Shown here: piece by piece, positions 28,151 through 40,870 of the stretch
How positions within the stretch are numbered: the stretch's first letter is position 1
Layout: every line of letters begins with the position of its first letter
Source: Monocercomonoides exilis PA203
Taxonomy: Eukaryota > Protista > Preaxostyla
DNA: 64,000 bases
NCBI GenBank assembly: GCA_001643675.2
Contig: LSRY02000050.1
Span: forward strand, 496,001 to 560,000
Direction of reading: 5' to 3'
Translations under genes and position numbers: made by a program
The notes under the pieces: generated by a model
What the model was told of the DNA's origin: nothing
The model's database searches: none
The model's input: only the letters and a program-made list of their open reading frames with translations

Positions 28151-29242
28151 TTATTTGTTTTTAATAATTGTGTTAACAAACCTTTTCAAGGAATTGATAA
28201 AAATATATATTTTATTCATTAACTGGCACATTTTTTTAATAAGAACACACACATCTTTAAGCTCCAACTCACTTCCTATCTCCCCAGCTCCATCCAAACG
28301 AATGCGCAGATTATCGCTCACTGCAAGATGCGTCACACCATATTCAATCGAATAGCACGGATCTTTTGCTGTCCCGCATTTCTTGATATCCTTCCCCTCT
28401 TTCCCTTCGATCGACGAAACAACAATCGTCTCTGATTGGTAAATCATAATGAAATCCATCAGATCCACTGCTTCTGAACTTTCTGAGTCAACCCCAAATA
28501 TCGCGTTATATCGCACAAATTCGCTCTCCCTCAAATCAAGCTTGAACAGCGTCTCATTGATCTGCCTCAAGATGTTCCAGCACTCAATGAAGATGTCTCT
28601 TCCTTCCTTTCCGCTGTTCGAGTCAAACTCATCCCTCTCAAACAGCATCCTCAGCTCCCCTGAATACTTCAGTGCCAGATACAATCCCCCTCCTCGACCC
28701 ATCGTCACAGAGCATCCACACTGAATAACCTTCGAATTCACCACCCGGATCATGCTTTCCTTGCTCAGGTCAGCAAACACCGCTCCCCATTTCACTGAAG
28801 CGCCTGCTGCACACACTTCAAGCACGCTGTTGTTAATCTCCACATCAGTCGTCAGCGTTGTTGGAACAGTCAGTGCACTCGCTCTCCAAGCCAGTATCAT
28901 CATTTGTTGAATAGCAGAACCCCTCAATATCAGATGACTTTCATGATTTCCTAAGCTCTGCAGGGCTTCTTCCATTGCAATTACTGACCCATTTCCCATC
29001 ACGCTGCTGAACACGCTGAAATAAGTAATTTTGCACTGGCTGCTTCTCGACACATCCATCACATTGCTTTTCATCATGTTCACCTCAATATTAAGCTCTT
29101 TCGCATTCAAACTCCCAGACTTCATGAAATAATTGTGAAATCTTTGAACAATAAGATAGCGAAGCTTCAATCGAAAGTAAAAACAAAGCGTTATGAAAAC
29201 TGATCTCTTGCCACTTTTGAAAAGCAGAACTCCTTGATTCAT
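28151..29242 (-). pseudogene. Fragment of the Cys/Gly-rich surface protein family
   Basis: GRGGGLY, GKEGRDIFIEC, QINETLF.LD and DIKKCGTAKDPCYSIEYG are homologous to the cargo genes. Truncated at ~28250 into AT-rich DNA. Confidence 0.75.
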
Positions 29243-29770
29243 TTGAATTTCTTAAAAATTACCATGAATAAAGAAACAAAAATAATTGTTGAAAACAAAT
29301 AATCTCAAACAAATTTTATTTTCTCGAATCAAATTTCAATTGATGTTATTCTGAGTTCAGAGTCATTTGTTTGCGTGAACACAACCCAACGAGTATATGG
29401 ATCCAAATGTTATTAATTTGAGAATTAATTTCTTCAAATCTTTATGACTCAAAGCGGAAACAAATAATGCTCACATTCGACAGAAATTTGAAAGTCGACA
29501 TCAAAAATTGTCAAAGAAACATAATATAGAAAAATATCAGAATAAATAAAATTCATACAAACCCAGGAATTGAATCAAATGCTATTATTCTTTGCTTTCT
29601 GAACAGATTTTCTTTGTTGAACCAACTTTGAACAATATTTCTGTAAAATAAATTTCTTCTCCTTTCTGTTTAAAGAAGATAGATAAGTTAACATTTTTGT
29701 CAAGCAAATTCTCTTTTTAACCCTTCTGAAAGAGCAATGAATCATCTTCAAAAAACAGTTTTCATGAAAA

Positions 29771-32166
29771 ATGGTTTTTCTCCAAAATTTATTGTATTGT
29801 ATCTATTCTGAATGTGATATATTCAAGATAGACAATAATATCCAGATAAAACACATTGATTTGAGCAACATGGAAAAAATTGAAAGAAAAAATTATTATC
29901 ATGGATCATGTGGATTCATGATCCCAAAAAGAATCACCCACATATTCCCCTATTTAACTGGAAAATCTATTTCAAAAATCATTCTTCAAACAAATGATTC
30001 AAAGGTAACTAATTTATTGACAACAATAAGAAATAAACCAATAGCAATAATGATGGATTGCGGAAAAATTGGAAACAAAAATTACACAGTTGTTGGAGTT
30101 GTGCCATTATCTTTTAATTCTGTTCCTTTGTTCTTTAATTTGTTTGAAAGCTGCTCAGCTGAAAAAGATTACTTCGAACTTGGTCAGACTTTGTTGATTG
30201 AGTTTGGAAAAATTGGTTCAAATGTCAGATGTTTTTGTTCTGATGGCTTGAAATCGCAGGTTCAAGCACTCACAAAATTGTGCCAATCGTTAAACAAGGT
30301 TCCAATGGAACATGCTGACAGTCTGTCGTTGTTTAATCCTATTTTCGTTCCTTGCTTGAATCATCTTGTGAATTTGATCGTCAGTCATGCATTTCAAGAT
30401 AATAAATTCTTGAACAATGCGAGAGAAATGCTCGTTAATGTCAGCACTGCATCGCATTTAACGGTCAATCGTAAAATATTGGTTCGGAAATGTCCGACTT
30501 TTATCCGAACAAGGTTGTTGTGTTTATTTCAAAGATGCAATTATATTAGGACAAACATCCAAAGAGTTCGTTTGAGCAAGTTACTGAATGAAGAAAACAT
30601 TAAAGCTGCTGGAATAACAGAGCTTTTGCTATTTCCAATTAACTATTTGCATCTCCAATTCGAAAAAGACTCCACAAAGATATCTTTTGTGTTTCCTATT
30701 TTATTGAACGCAATGAGCTTATTCTTCTATTATTCAACATTGAATATATTTCAACAGAAAGATTGGCACAATGCAATAACAGACATTATCATTCTGCTTT
30801 TCAACTACACATTTTCTAGTGAAAGAGGCAGATTTTTGCCTTTGTTTATGCCCTTTCACCAATTGGAGCAGGAAAATATCGAAAAGGTTTGTTCACAAAT
30901 TGCGAAATAGTATTTTCTGAAATTTCGAAGCACCAAAGCATTATAAAGGACTATTTATCGAACATTCCATCTTCATCAAATGCGATTGAATCATTTGTTA
31001 AATCATTTTCATCTTCAAGTTATTCTCAGCCAACTTCATCGTCATTAACGATCCCATTTCAATTATCTTCAACTCAAAAACATTCTTCTTCTTCTCTGTT
31101 ATCCTCTCACATTCAACAACAAATGTCTCCACTGCTCAATTCTTGTTCAACTAATATTTTATCAAATTAAATTCAGTCTATATCTTCATCTTCTCAGCTG
31201 AACTCAACTGTTCCAAATTTCACTCATTTCGACATTCTACATGTCAAAACAGCAATGGAAAGATTTCAGAATCGATTTCGTTACTGCACACAACAATTGT
31301 ATTCTTCATCAATATTGATTTGCCCAAGCAAAACCGACTTTGGAAGCATTGGAAATTGCTCAGAAATAATGAAATTTGTTTGTGAAATTATTGATCATAT
31401 TGAAAAAACCGAAATAGAAATATCAAAAGAAGATGAAAGCGAAAGTGATGGATATTATGAAGAATTAGAATATGATATGGAAGAAGAAGAAGTCGAAAGT
31501 GTCGAATATTTTTCTTCAAATGATGAAGATTATCTCGAAAACAATTCAGAATTATTTTCAGATAAAAATAACGTCTCAACATACCACACTAGAAATACCA
31601 CTGGAGCGAAAGATGAAAAAAATCCAGCTGGAAACAAAGAAGAAAATGATGCAGAAAAGGAAATCCGTAACGAAGATAAAATGATAAGACGAGAGCGCTA
31701 AAGATCATTTGTATATGAAGATGATATCCTCAGCTTTGGAAATTTTTTCTCAAGGAAAAGAATATTGCAATGTGATTCAACAATTGAAAATGAAGCATTG
31801 GAGCAAATTCATTAAGCCGTTTTTGATGATTGGTATCCTCGACTAATTGTTGCCTTCAACGAAGCAACAAATATCATTTTGCAAGGAATGGATGAAATTC
31901 TTATTTCAGGATGCAGCGCACTTTTTCGAAGAAGTCTGCTTGTTCAAGATGATGCTGTTATTGAGGACGATCCATATGTCTATTCCGAAGAGCTGGCTCT
32001 GAAAGGTGATGTGGAAACTGTTTATTTTAATTTTGCCTTCAATTTAATTGCATCCCCATGCAGTGAAGCCTTTTGCGAACGAATGTTTTCTAAGGCAAGA
32101 AGAATTGTTGGAGATAGAAGACATTCTCTTTCATTGATTTCTTTGAACACACTTATGCGTTTGTGA
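29771..32166 (+). mobile_element. hAT-superfamily transposase pseudogene
   Basis: IAIMMDCG (first D), CFCSDG (second D), PCLNHLVNL (CxxH) and a C-terminal dimerisation motif SPCSEAFCERMFSKARRIVGDRRHSL. Broken by a frameshift and stops between 30.9 and 31.9 kb. Confidence 0.8.
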
Positions 32167-32372
32167 TTGTTTGTTTTTTGAAGAACAATGTTTCGTTTGT
32201 TAACGTTTGATAGTTTTCATCTCACGCATTCAATTTTTGTAATTTCAGTCAACAAAACGACCGTTGAATAAGCAAACTGTACAAAATAATATATATTTTC
32301 AAACATTTTATAAAGAAAACTTTGCGAAAAAGGCTATCATAGTGTGATGTTGGACTTTGAATGCAAAACATA

Positions 32373-32614
32373 TGGGTGATTCTTTTTGAAAAGTCACAAA
32401 TGTTTAATTCTCAAATACTTTAAAAATTTCATATTTTGCTCAAATTTCTGTTTCAGCTCACAAATCTCCTCAAAAATGTTTGAAATCGCATTATCAAGAA
32501 ATACATTCCATTAAAGTGTAGTTTGACACTTGTTAACAAAATATATAGCTATATATGAAATTTTTGATTCATATGAAAATTAGACATTTGTGACTTTTCA
32601 AAAAGAATCACCCA
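32373..32614. mobile_element. Tc1/mariner-type MITE, 242 bp, TA TSD
   Basis: TGGGTGATTCTTTTTGAAAAGTCACAAATG at the left end and its exact reverse complement at the right, extending imperfectly to ~60 bp. Flanked by TA on both sides. Confidence 0.8.
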
Positions 32615-34477
32615 TATTATTCATTTTTTCATGTTTGGAAGAAAATAAACATTGAAATCAAAGTTTAAATTACAAATTGTAACAGTTTGGAATTAATTAT
32701 TCATAATAAATTTTAAAAAGCAACATTTAGTAATAAATGTGCAGAATAACATATTAAATATGTTAAGTCGCAGAAAGAAGAGGAAACAAAAATGAAGCAG
32801 CAAAAAGAAATGATGCGTGAACGAATGAGTGGAAAGATGAATAACATTACATTTAGAAATGTTGTTTTGTTAATAACTAACAATGACGAAAGAAAGATTA
32901 ATAACTGAAACAAAGAACTTAATATTCATATTGTTTGAATTAGAAAGAAATAATTTTTATTATATTGTTATTCAATTATTTAATAAAAAATTCAGATTTT
33001 AATGAATTCAGAAATATTATAACCACTTTAAATTGAAAAAAACCTAAGTTTCATATTTATTAACAGTTGAATCATAAAAAGAAAGTTGTCAAAGAAGTGA
33101 TGCATTATGTTTTTTTTGTTTTATAGAATCATTTTTTGACATTAAAAGTTATAACTGCAAGTTTCACATTTCTTCCTTTTATATTCATTCGGTTGTATTT
33201 CTTTCATAATTTAAAATGATATTTCGCAAAGATTATTTCTTTTTTCTTTGTCTTTAAAAAACAAACTTGTTCATCAGTTCTTTGTTTAAAGGTTTATCAG
33301 AAAAAAAGTTGAAAAGCTTTCACAAACTCACATTTGAATTTATCTTTTTTAAACAAGATTTTTATTTATTTGTCCGCTTGGGAAAATATGTGATATAGTA
33401 ATGAAATGTTTGTTTGCAAACAAAACAGGAATAATAATCAAAATAAAAACAGCGGAAACAAGATCTTAACTTTCAACGAAGAATAAACAGCTACAAATTT
33501 TTCTTGTCTTGATGAAACGATCATAAAAAAAGATTGAATGAATTTCGTTCAGCTTATTCAATTAAAGTGAATAGATAGGAAATAACCTGTTAATGTCTTT
33601 ATGTCAGAAGAGCTTCAGATAAAATAATTAGCTTTTTTTACAAATTAGTTTAAAAAAATGTGAACTTTCCACAACGAATTAATATTCCATGAAAAATCTT
33701 TCAATACAATTGCTGTCTTTGATTGATTTTTAAATATTCAAACAATAATGAGTCAATATACTGATAACATAAACAAACCCTATAAAAATTGAAAAACAAT
33801 CACACAGAGAATATCATAAGTTGTGGAAGAGAAATTTTCAATAAATGACGAGGATGTGGCAGATGAAAAACAAACATCACATTCTATATGGACAAACTCA
33901 TTTTTATTCATCCAAATATTCATCAATAAAAATACACAACTTCAAATATTTTATTATGGAAAATCCTGACAAATTCAATGGTTTCAATTTGGATGAGTGT
34001 GGAACATTTTTTTATTCATAAATATTTGTTCAAAAAATATATATTATTTAAGAATGAATATCAAATAATAATTATTTCTAAATAAAAACAATTCAATATG
34101 GGGGAAAATACAGACTTTCAAGCTTTTTTTGCACAAGGCATTGAAAAATTGCTTCACTCATAACTTTATTTCGCTTTCTCAGAATTCATTAATAATTTGA
34201 TTTTCGTATCCGTAAACAGGAATCATTGAAATCAAAACATAAAGTTTTCCAACATTTCAAGAATGTCAAAAAATAAGCCCATTTTTTTCAAATTTTTTGA
34301 TCTCAAAATGCAAACGAAAAGAGCATAATTTTTCAATGTGAATGCCTGAAGTGAAATATTTTGCCCCATTTCTTTAACAGATTTTGAAATATGAAAATCT
34401 TTTTCTGTGCCTATTTTTATATAACTATTTTTATTGTTTGAAAAAACATTTTTTTGTCAAATGAAACAAAAAATATG

Positions 34478-34722
34478 AATATAAGTTATTTTTTCGAAAA
34501 GCCACAAATGTTTTAATTTCAAATAAAATAAAAATTTCATGTATTGATCAAATTCATGTCTTCATCGCGAAACTTAACTTTCATGATAGCTATTTCTTGA
34601 TTATGCTTTCATACACATTCTTGAAAAGAAATGTGAACAGGAACAGAAATTTGATCAAAATGTGTGAATTTTTATTATTTTTGTGTGAAACATTTGCTAA
34701 TTTTTGAAAAGAATTACACACA
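34478..34722. mobile_element. Degenerate relative of the 32.4-kb MITE
   Basis: TTTTCGAAAAGCCACAAATGTTTTAATT...AAAAATTTCAT at the left and CATTTGCTAATTTTTGAAAAGAATTACAC at the right, over a similar ~245-bp span. Confidence 0.5.
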
Positions 34723-35389
34723 CGCGTGATTGTTTTTTGTGATCTTTTTATTTCTGTCAAAATATTTGGTTTGAATACATCTTCTAAATGTCAACAAATG
34801 AACACTGGAAAATGAAATTGCTAATAAAAGACATCTTCGTCTTTATTTCAACAAAAACATTTGTTTATAAAACTATTGGGAAGTATTTTGCATTTAAACA
34901 TTAAATTTCTTCCCAAAGGAAAACAATCTTTGAAAAATCAACATCCAGAAAAAAGTGATGATTTCAATAATAATCACCAGTTATCACAAAAATATAAATT
35001 AATTTTCTATCGAAAAATTAGCATTCAAAATCAAAAAAAGTGTTTTCGATTATTTATCAACGACACTTTTGAAAAATAATAAACGGAAATGTGTGGAATC
35101 GGATTTGAATAAAGTTTCAAAAAAAAAAATAAATAAAAACTGCAAAGTCCGAAATCAGAAGATTTTTCTTCTTGAATTGAAGCAGAAATAAATGTTTTTC
35201 ATTTTCAAAACAACACTTGTTATTTTCAATTTGAGGTGTTTAACAATATTCATCTTCGTTTTCCACTTCAGCATAATCTGCTGAAGTTTGTTCCACCGCT
35301 TTGTGCTTAACATTCAAATGTGAAAAATTATGGAATTAATATATCAGAGAAGTTATCATATTTTTCTTTGCCAAATGATCTGCAATCAA

Positions 35390-36250
35390 AAACAAACTCA
35401 CTCCATATTGAGGTTTTGATTTTCGCAATGCTCTCCACAAGCTCTCTTCAGAATAAATATACTCACCTGTAACAGGATCAACTTAATTTCTATTATGGCA
35501 GAATGTTTTATGAATGCAATCCTAATGATCCAAAGTGGAGTGTGCTTTTCATTCATTGCTCATAATTGTTGTTCCTCTCCGAATTGTTTCAGAAATGGAG
35601 GGAAGAGGTGTTTTCCTTTTTCTGAAAAAAAAAACAATATTCACAAAATGATTGCCATTTCCCCTTTCCTCCAACCTCTCAACCACCTCATCAGTCCAAA
35701 TTTGGACATTTCTTCTTCCATTCAAATATTTTCGTCTCTGCCACACAGCCTCGTCAATATCAACCACTTTTCATTCTCCTCTAATTTGATTTAGATGAAA
35801 ATTTCAAATATTTATTCATGAAACTCTGATGATACCGAATAAAAATCTCACTATTGTCCTTTCAATTCCCAATATTCTCAATGTGAACAAAACATTTGTT
35901 CCTTTCGAAAACATCTCAACAAATCTTTTGACTTTCCTCAATCTCAATTTGTTCCAAGAAAATACTGTTTCAACATGCACAATATTCTTTCTAAATCTTT
36001 TTGAACAGCACCAATATCGAAAAAATATTTCCACTTTCAGTACATTTGTTTTTCTTCTGAGAAACAATATTGAAACCTCTTATCCTTCTGATTCCAAATA
36101 TATCAAAGTCAACAAATTTTCTGTTGGGCTTTCAATCCAGAAAAAGTTTGAAATTGTTAAAACTTGTGTGAAGTTGATTCCATATCGCCTCTTTGTGAAG
36201 TTTATCACCAGATATGTTAAAAAATGTGCTTCATCGCATCTGACGTAATG
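35390..36250 (-). mobile_element. Merlin / IS1595 (IS1016)-family transposase relic
   Basis: Across stops and frameshifts it reads RYWCC..., FSWNKLRL, QIRGE*KVVDIDEAVWQRRKYLNGRR...W...VER, ETIRRGTTIMSNE*KAHSTL, FCHNRN*VDPVTGE and ESLWRALRK. This is colinear with the Merlin core VEIDES..KRKY.RGR / GT.I.SD.W.AY / VNH..FVDP.TG.HT..IE..W. Confidence 0.8.
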
Positions 36251-36559
36251 TCACAGTTTTTAATTGACTATTTCATTCGACAATCACATCAAATGCTTTC
36301 AGTATCTTCTTTTTGATTTTCCAAAAATTTTCCAAATAGTCTCTTTGTTTTTGGAAAGACCATCAGAATCAAATTTGTTTGAATGCCTTCGTCTTCGATG
36401 TTTGAGCAACCTGAACCTTTTGATTTATCTATTTTTCAAAAAAAAAAATCAAAAAAATAAAATAAAATAATATTTTAATATGAAACTCTGTGAAACAAAA
36501 AATCACAAGATAATGATGATGGTTTCTAGAAGAAAAAAAATCTTTTTTGTCATATTTCT

Positions 36560-38184
36560 TCAATTATTCACATTATAATCTGAAATATTGAACGATAATA
36601 CGGAACTGCAATAATATTTTTCATTGAGAAAACTCAATATTCCTTGAAAACTTAAGATGATATCTTCGTTTCCTTCTTCCTCCATCTTTTCAAATATCAC
36701 TCTCTTTAATGTCTTCCTCACTTCATCATCTGATTCAAAATACTCTTTTTCTTTCAGTCTTTCAGAAATGTGCAGAAAGAATCTCAAACAATTTGCAACA
36801 ATTTTGTCATTCAATGTTGATCGCGAGATTTCCTCCAAAACCAGACCAAAAACCCCACTTTTTCGCAAAACATCAATTGAGATGAATTTATCCCCAGCCA
36901 TCACGCACAAAACAGAGATGCATCCCTCACATATTTCTCTTTCATTCTCTCTTGCTGCTTTGCACAGTTCAATCAAACAACAAGCCAGCTTTTCACAATT
37001 GTCAATCGAGATTTCGAATGGAAAAATAAACTCCAACTTTCCTATCCACCATTTGATAATTTCTTTCTTGTCTTTTTCATTTCCTCCTTTTTCTTCATTT
37101 TTGTTCCCCCAATCAATTTCTTCATTCAACTCTTCCAACTCGCTCACTGCCTGAGTCGGAAATTGAAGCAAATTCACAATCACATGTTCCAAACTTGTGT
37201 CCTTGCAAAACCTGTCGAACAAAAATTCCCAAGCTGACTTGTTCGCAGTTCGTGTCATGTTGTGATGCTTCTGATGGAATTTTATGATTTCAACAATCTC
37301 TTTCAGATAAATATTTTTTTTAATTTTCTGATATTAACAAAGACACAAACACACACACGCACATTAAAAGAAAAGGAAAAAGAAGCTGCATAATCACAAA
37401 CATTTTATTAATTCAAACTGCATTCCATTTGATGTTTCCCAAAGCAAGCAATGCCATCTCCACTTCTTTCTGGGTTTCTTCGTCTTTCTCTTTCTTCAAA
37501 GCAACGTTGAAAAGACAGGGAACGAAAATCATGAGCAATTCATTTGAAATGCTGGACGATAAACCATTCAGATTGAGAAAGCACTCACAAAGATAAATCA
37601 AAAACTTTTCGTTTCTCCCTTCTTTCTTCCCATTTTCATCAAAAATCATCTTCTCCAATCTTTTGCCAAAAGATGTTTGACCAAAGTTTGCACATGGTTC
37701 GATGAGGGTTTTACAGCATCCTTTCATGTGCATCAACAGCCCAAGGCATCAATGAAGCGCATTTTCTTTTCTTCAATCATTTCATCAGTTTTTTCATACA
37801 TTTCATTCGATAAAATGGAATTAATCACATGCTCACTCATCTCTTTGACAATTCTCTTCATTTCATCAATTTTCTGCATCTTTTCAACTTCATCGCACTG
37901 GCAAATTTCTGAAAATAATTCTGTGAAAAAATTGAAATCATTTTCTCAATGATATATTTTTTTAAATAAAAATTCTTTCACAAACTTGTGAATCTGTCTG
38001 TGAGTTCTGATTGAAATTCATCAATCACGGTAACTTCTCCAAGATAATCATTTTCAAAAAAATCATATTCATCATAATCATCATCATAATCATATTCACA
38101 TTCAAAATCCGAATCATTTCCATCATCATCATCATAATAATAATAATAATCATAATAATCATAATTTGTGTTCATTCTGCACAT
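36560..38184 (-). pseudogene. Alpha-helical family paralogue with a Tyr/Asp-rich N-terminus and a frameshift
   Basis: ORFs 37978-38184, 37413-37736 and 36560-37258 are homologous to the 1.8-3.2 kb and 63 kb genes. The frame breaks near 37740. Confidence 0.7.
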
Positions 38185-40659
38185 TGTGCAATCCAGACAC
38201 GAGAAAAATCAACAATCCAATCAAATAAATGAGTTCATTGGAAAATACAAACATTTTTATGTTCCAAGCAAGAATTGAAATCTGTTTTCACTTGTAGATG
38301 AAGCAAATTCTTTTTTTCTGATTGCGATCACTTCCATTCTGAAAAAATCGTTGGATCAAAATTCATGAGAACATCATCCGATCACACAACACACGATTGT
38401 TGTTTTCTTCAATTTGGATTGATGATGGCTGTTTTCATTGAAATTGTTTTTCAGCATGAGAGAAGGATTATGCAAACAGATTTTTGATGAACGATTTGAG
38501 ACTTTTGTTGAGGAATGATTCACACAATATTTTCCCAAGAAAACAAGGCTTCTGGAGGTCTGCCTTGTTGAACAACTCCGTTGATATGAAGGTATTTGTG
38601 GATGCTTTTGTGAAATTCATGATGAAAAAAGAGACAGACATCGAAAAAATGATGGAAATGAAAGAGAATTCTGATTCTTTTCCAGATCCAAAGGATTCCC
38701 TCAAAAAGAGAAAGACAAATTATCAATGCTCATGTGGAACGGTTTGTTTTTTTGAATTAGTCAAATTGAAGGGTTTGGGAGAACAACTGCTGATGAACAC
38801 ATTCAAATAATTACAAGAATTGCATGACAAAAGGAAGAGTTTGTGGATTTCGGAAAATGGAAGTGCAGCTGAGCAGGAAATCACTCAGAAGAAAAAATGA
38901 AAAGAGGGAAAAGAGGAGGACGAAAGATTGGCAGAAAGCGATGAATGGTGAGTTGAAGGATAAAAGGGAATTGTCTGAGTGAATCTGAACCAATGGAATT
39001 ATTGGATAAATGACTTTTCTCACGAAGATTAACAAAATTCTAAGTCCATTGAAAAAGGGTTTTAAATTTTATTGGATTGGATGCTGGTTGACTCTTGATG
39101 CTGAGGGGAAAAGGAAAAGGAAAGGAAAGTGGGCAAAAGTCAGACAAAAACAGCTGTCCAAGTCACGAGTCAGTTTTGAATGAAAGAAAGTCGATTGAAG
39201 TTGCGCAATTGTCGGGCATTGGATGAAGGTTCATTGCAATTGGAAGAGGAATCAGAAATGGGGAAAGGAAATGCATCTGATGAGGGAGAATTGAATTGGT
39301 TGCATGATTAATGAGGCCATTTGATATCTTCGGAAATGAAATGGTGAAAGGAGAAGTGTGTTTGGAGACAGTAGTGCCAAGCCTGAATTCAGATGGTTAT
39401 TGCAACGTTTGTGGTTGAAGGAGCTGATCAGAGCGAAATGAGAGAAAATACAGAAACAGTTTTCTTCTTCAATTTCGTGATTGTGTGTGAATGCATGAAC
39501 AAAAAGACAAAGATATTTTTGAAATAGAACGAACTCATTCAGATGCTTGCCCACATGTGGCGCTGGGAATATGAGCACCTTGAGCAGCCAGTTATTCACA
39601 AATGCAGCCAGGCGCATTTGGGGATCATTGCCAATTCTCTTGAACAAGGAAACGAAAGACTCAGTAATTCTTGTTTTTCTGAGTCTCGTTTTCTTTTATG
39701 TTTAATTCTTTTTTTTTTTTTTTGAACATTTTTGTTTTTATCAGTTCTGCCATTTTCAGAATTTGTGTTTTCATGATTGTTGTGGCTTCAAGGCATGTGA
39801 ATGCAACTTTCAAGCCAATTCAGATTATTCCAAAAATTGTAATTTTTCAGATAATAAATAGAACATTTTTTTTTTTTGATCATCAATCGTTGACGATTCG
39901 CTGACCGACTTGAAACAAATTATCCTTTCAAGCCACAAACGCTCAATACATCGAACAAATCAATAAAAGAAGGCATTGTTAATTGTTTCTCTTCGAATTG
40001 TTGGGCAAAACAGAATAACGGAAAAAACAGACCAGAATAATTCAAAATTTTATTATTTGCAATTTCTCAGCACAAACACATTGACAGTCTTTGGCAGATT
40101 AGTTCAAGACGGGCAGCCTTGAACAAAAAACTGCCAAGAAAGAAAAACAATCAATAAAAAAGTTGACCATTTGCGCGATTTTTTGGTTCATTCACAGACA
40201 AAGTTCAATTGTTAAAGCCATCCAACTCTGAGGTGCAATTCGAAAAAAGAAAACAAAAATCGCTGTTTCAAAGGCATCACTGAACATAAACGATCAGCAG
40301 ACGTCGAACCGAAAAATAAAATAAAATAATGACAAATCCCACTTTTACAGAAAAACTGAAACAGCCACAAAACTCCAAAACGAATTCAGGAAAATTAAAA
40401 AATTAAATAAAATGAAAAAAATAAAACTCTTCAATCCTTCATTCTTTCAATTACAAGTCCGTTTGTGTGCTGTGCTTGCTAAACGCAGAAAAACAAAAAT
40501 AACAAAGCACATTTTGTCCAAGCACAAGCATCATGCAAATGGAGGATTGTTCATTTTTCAGCACTTCATTCAGCAAAAGAAATAATACAAACACATAACT
40601 GCAGAAATACAACAAACAGCAGCTAGCCACAAAACAAAATAAAAAAAATGATGGGCCAA

Positions 40660-40732
40660 CAAAAAAAGAAAAAGAAAAAGAAAAAGAAAAAGAAAAAGAA
40701 AAAGAAAAAGAAAAAGAAAAAGAAAAAGAAAA
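40660..40732. repeat. (GAAAAA)n hexanucleotide microsatellite
   Basis: Read directly from the sequence. Confidence 0.9.
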
Positions 40733-40870
40733 ACAATGAAAAAGAATTCCAATCTGAACATAAAAAAAGGAGGAAAATATCAATTCAAACAATGATAAAA
40801 ACACTCGCACAAACAAGCAGTTTATGTTCATCGACAGATTCTCAAAATGCAAATATCGGTGGCAAACAAT

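Noticed and set aside
38460-39660. Possible decayed hAT-like ORF (CLPTCGAG..FTNAARR)
   Set aside because: Too fragmented; only one weak motif resemblance.
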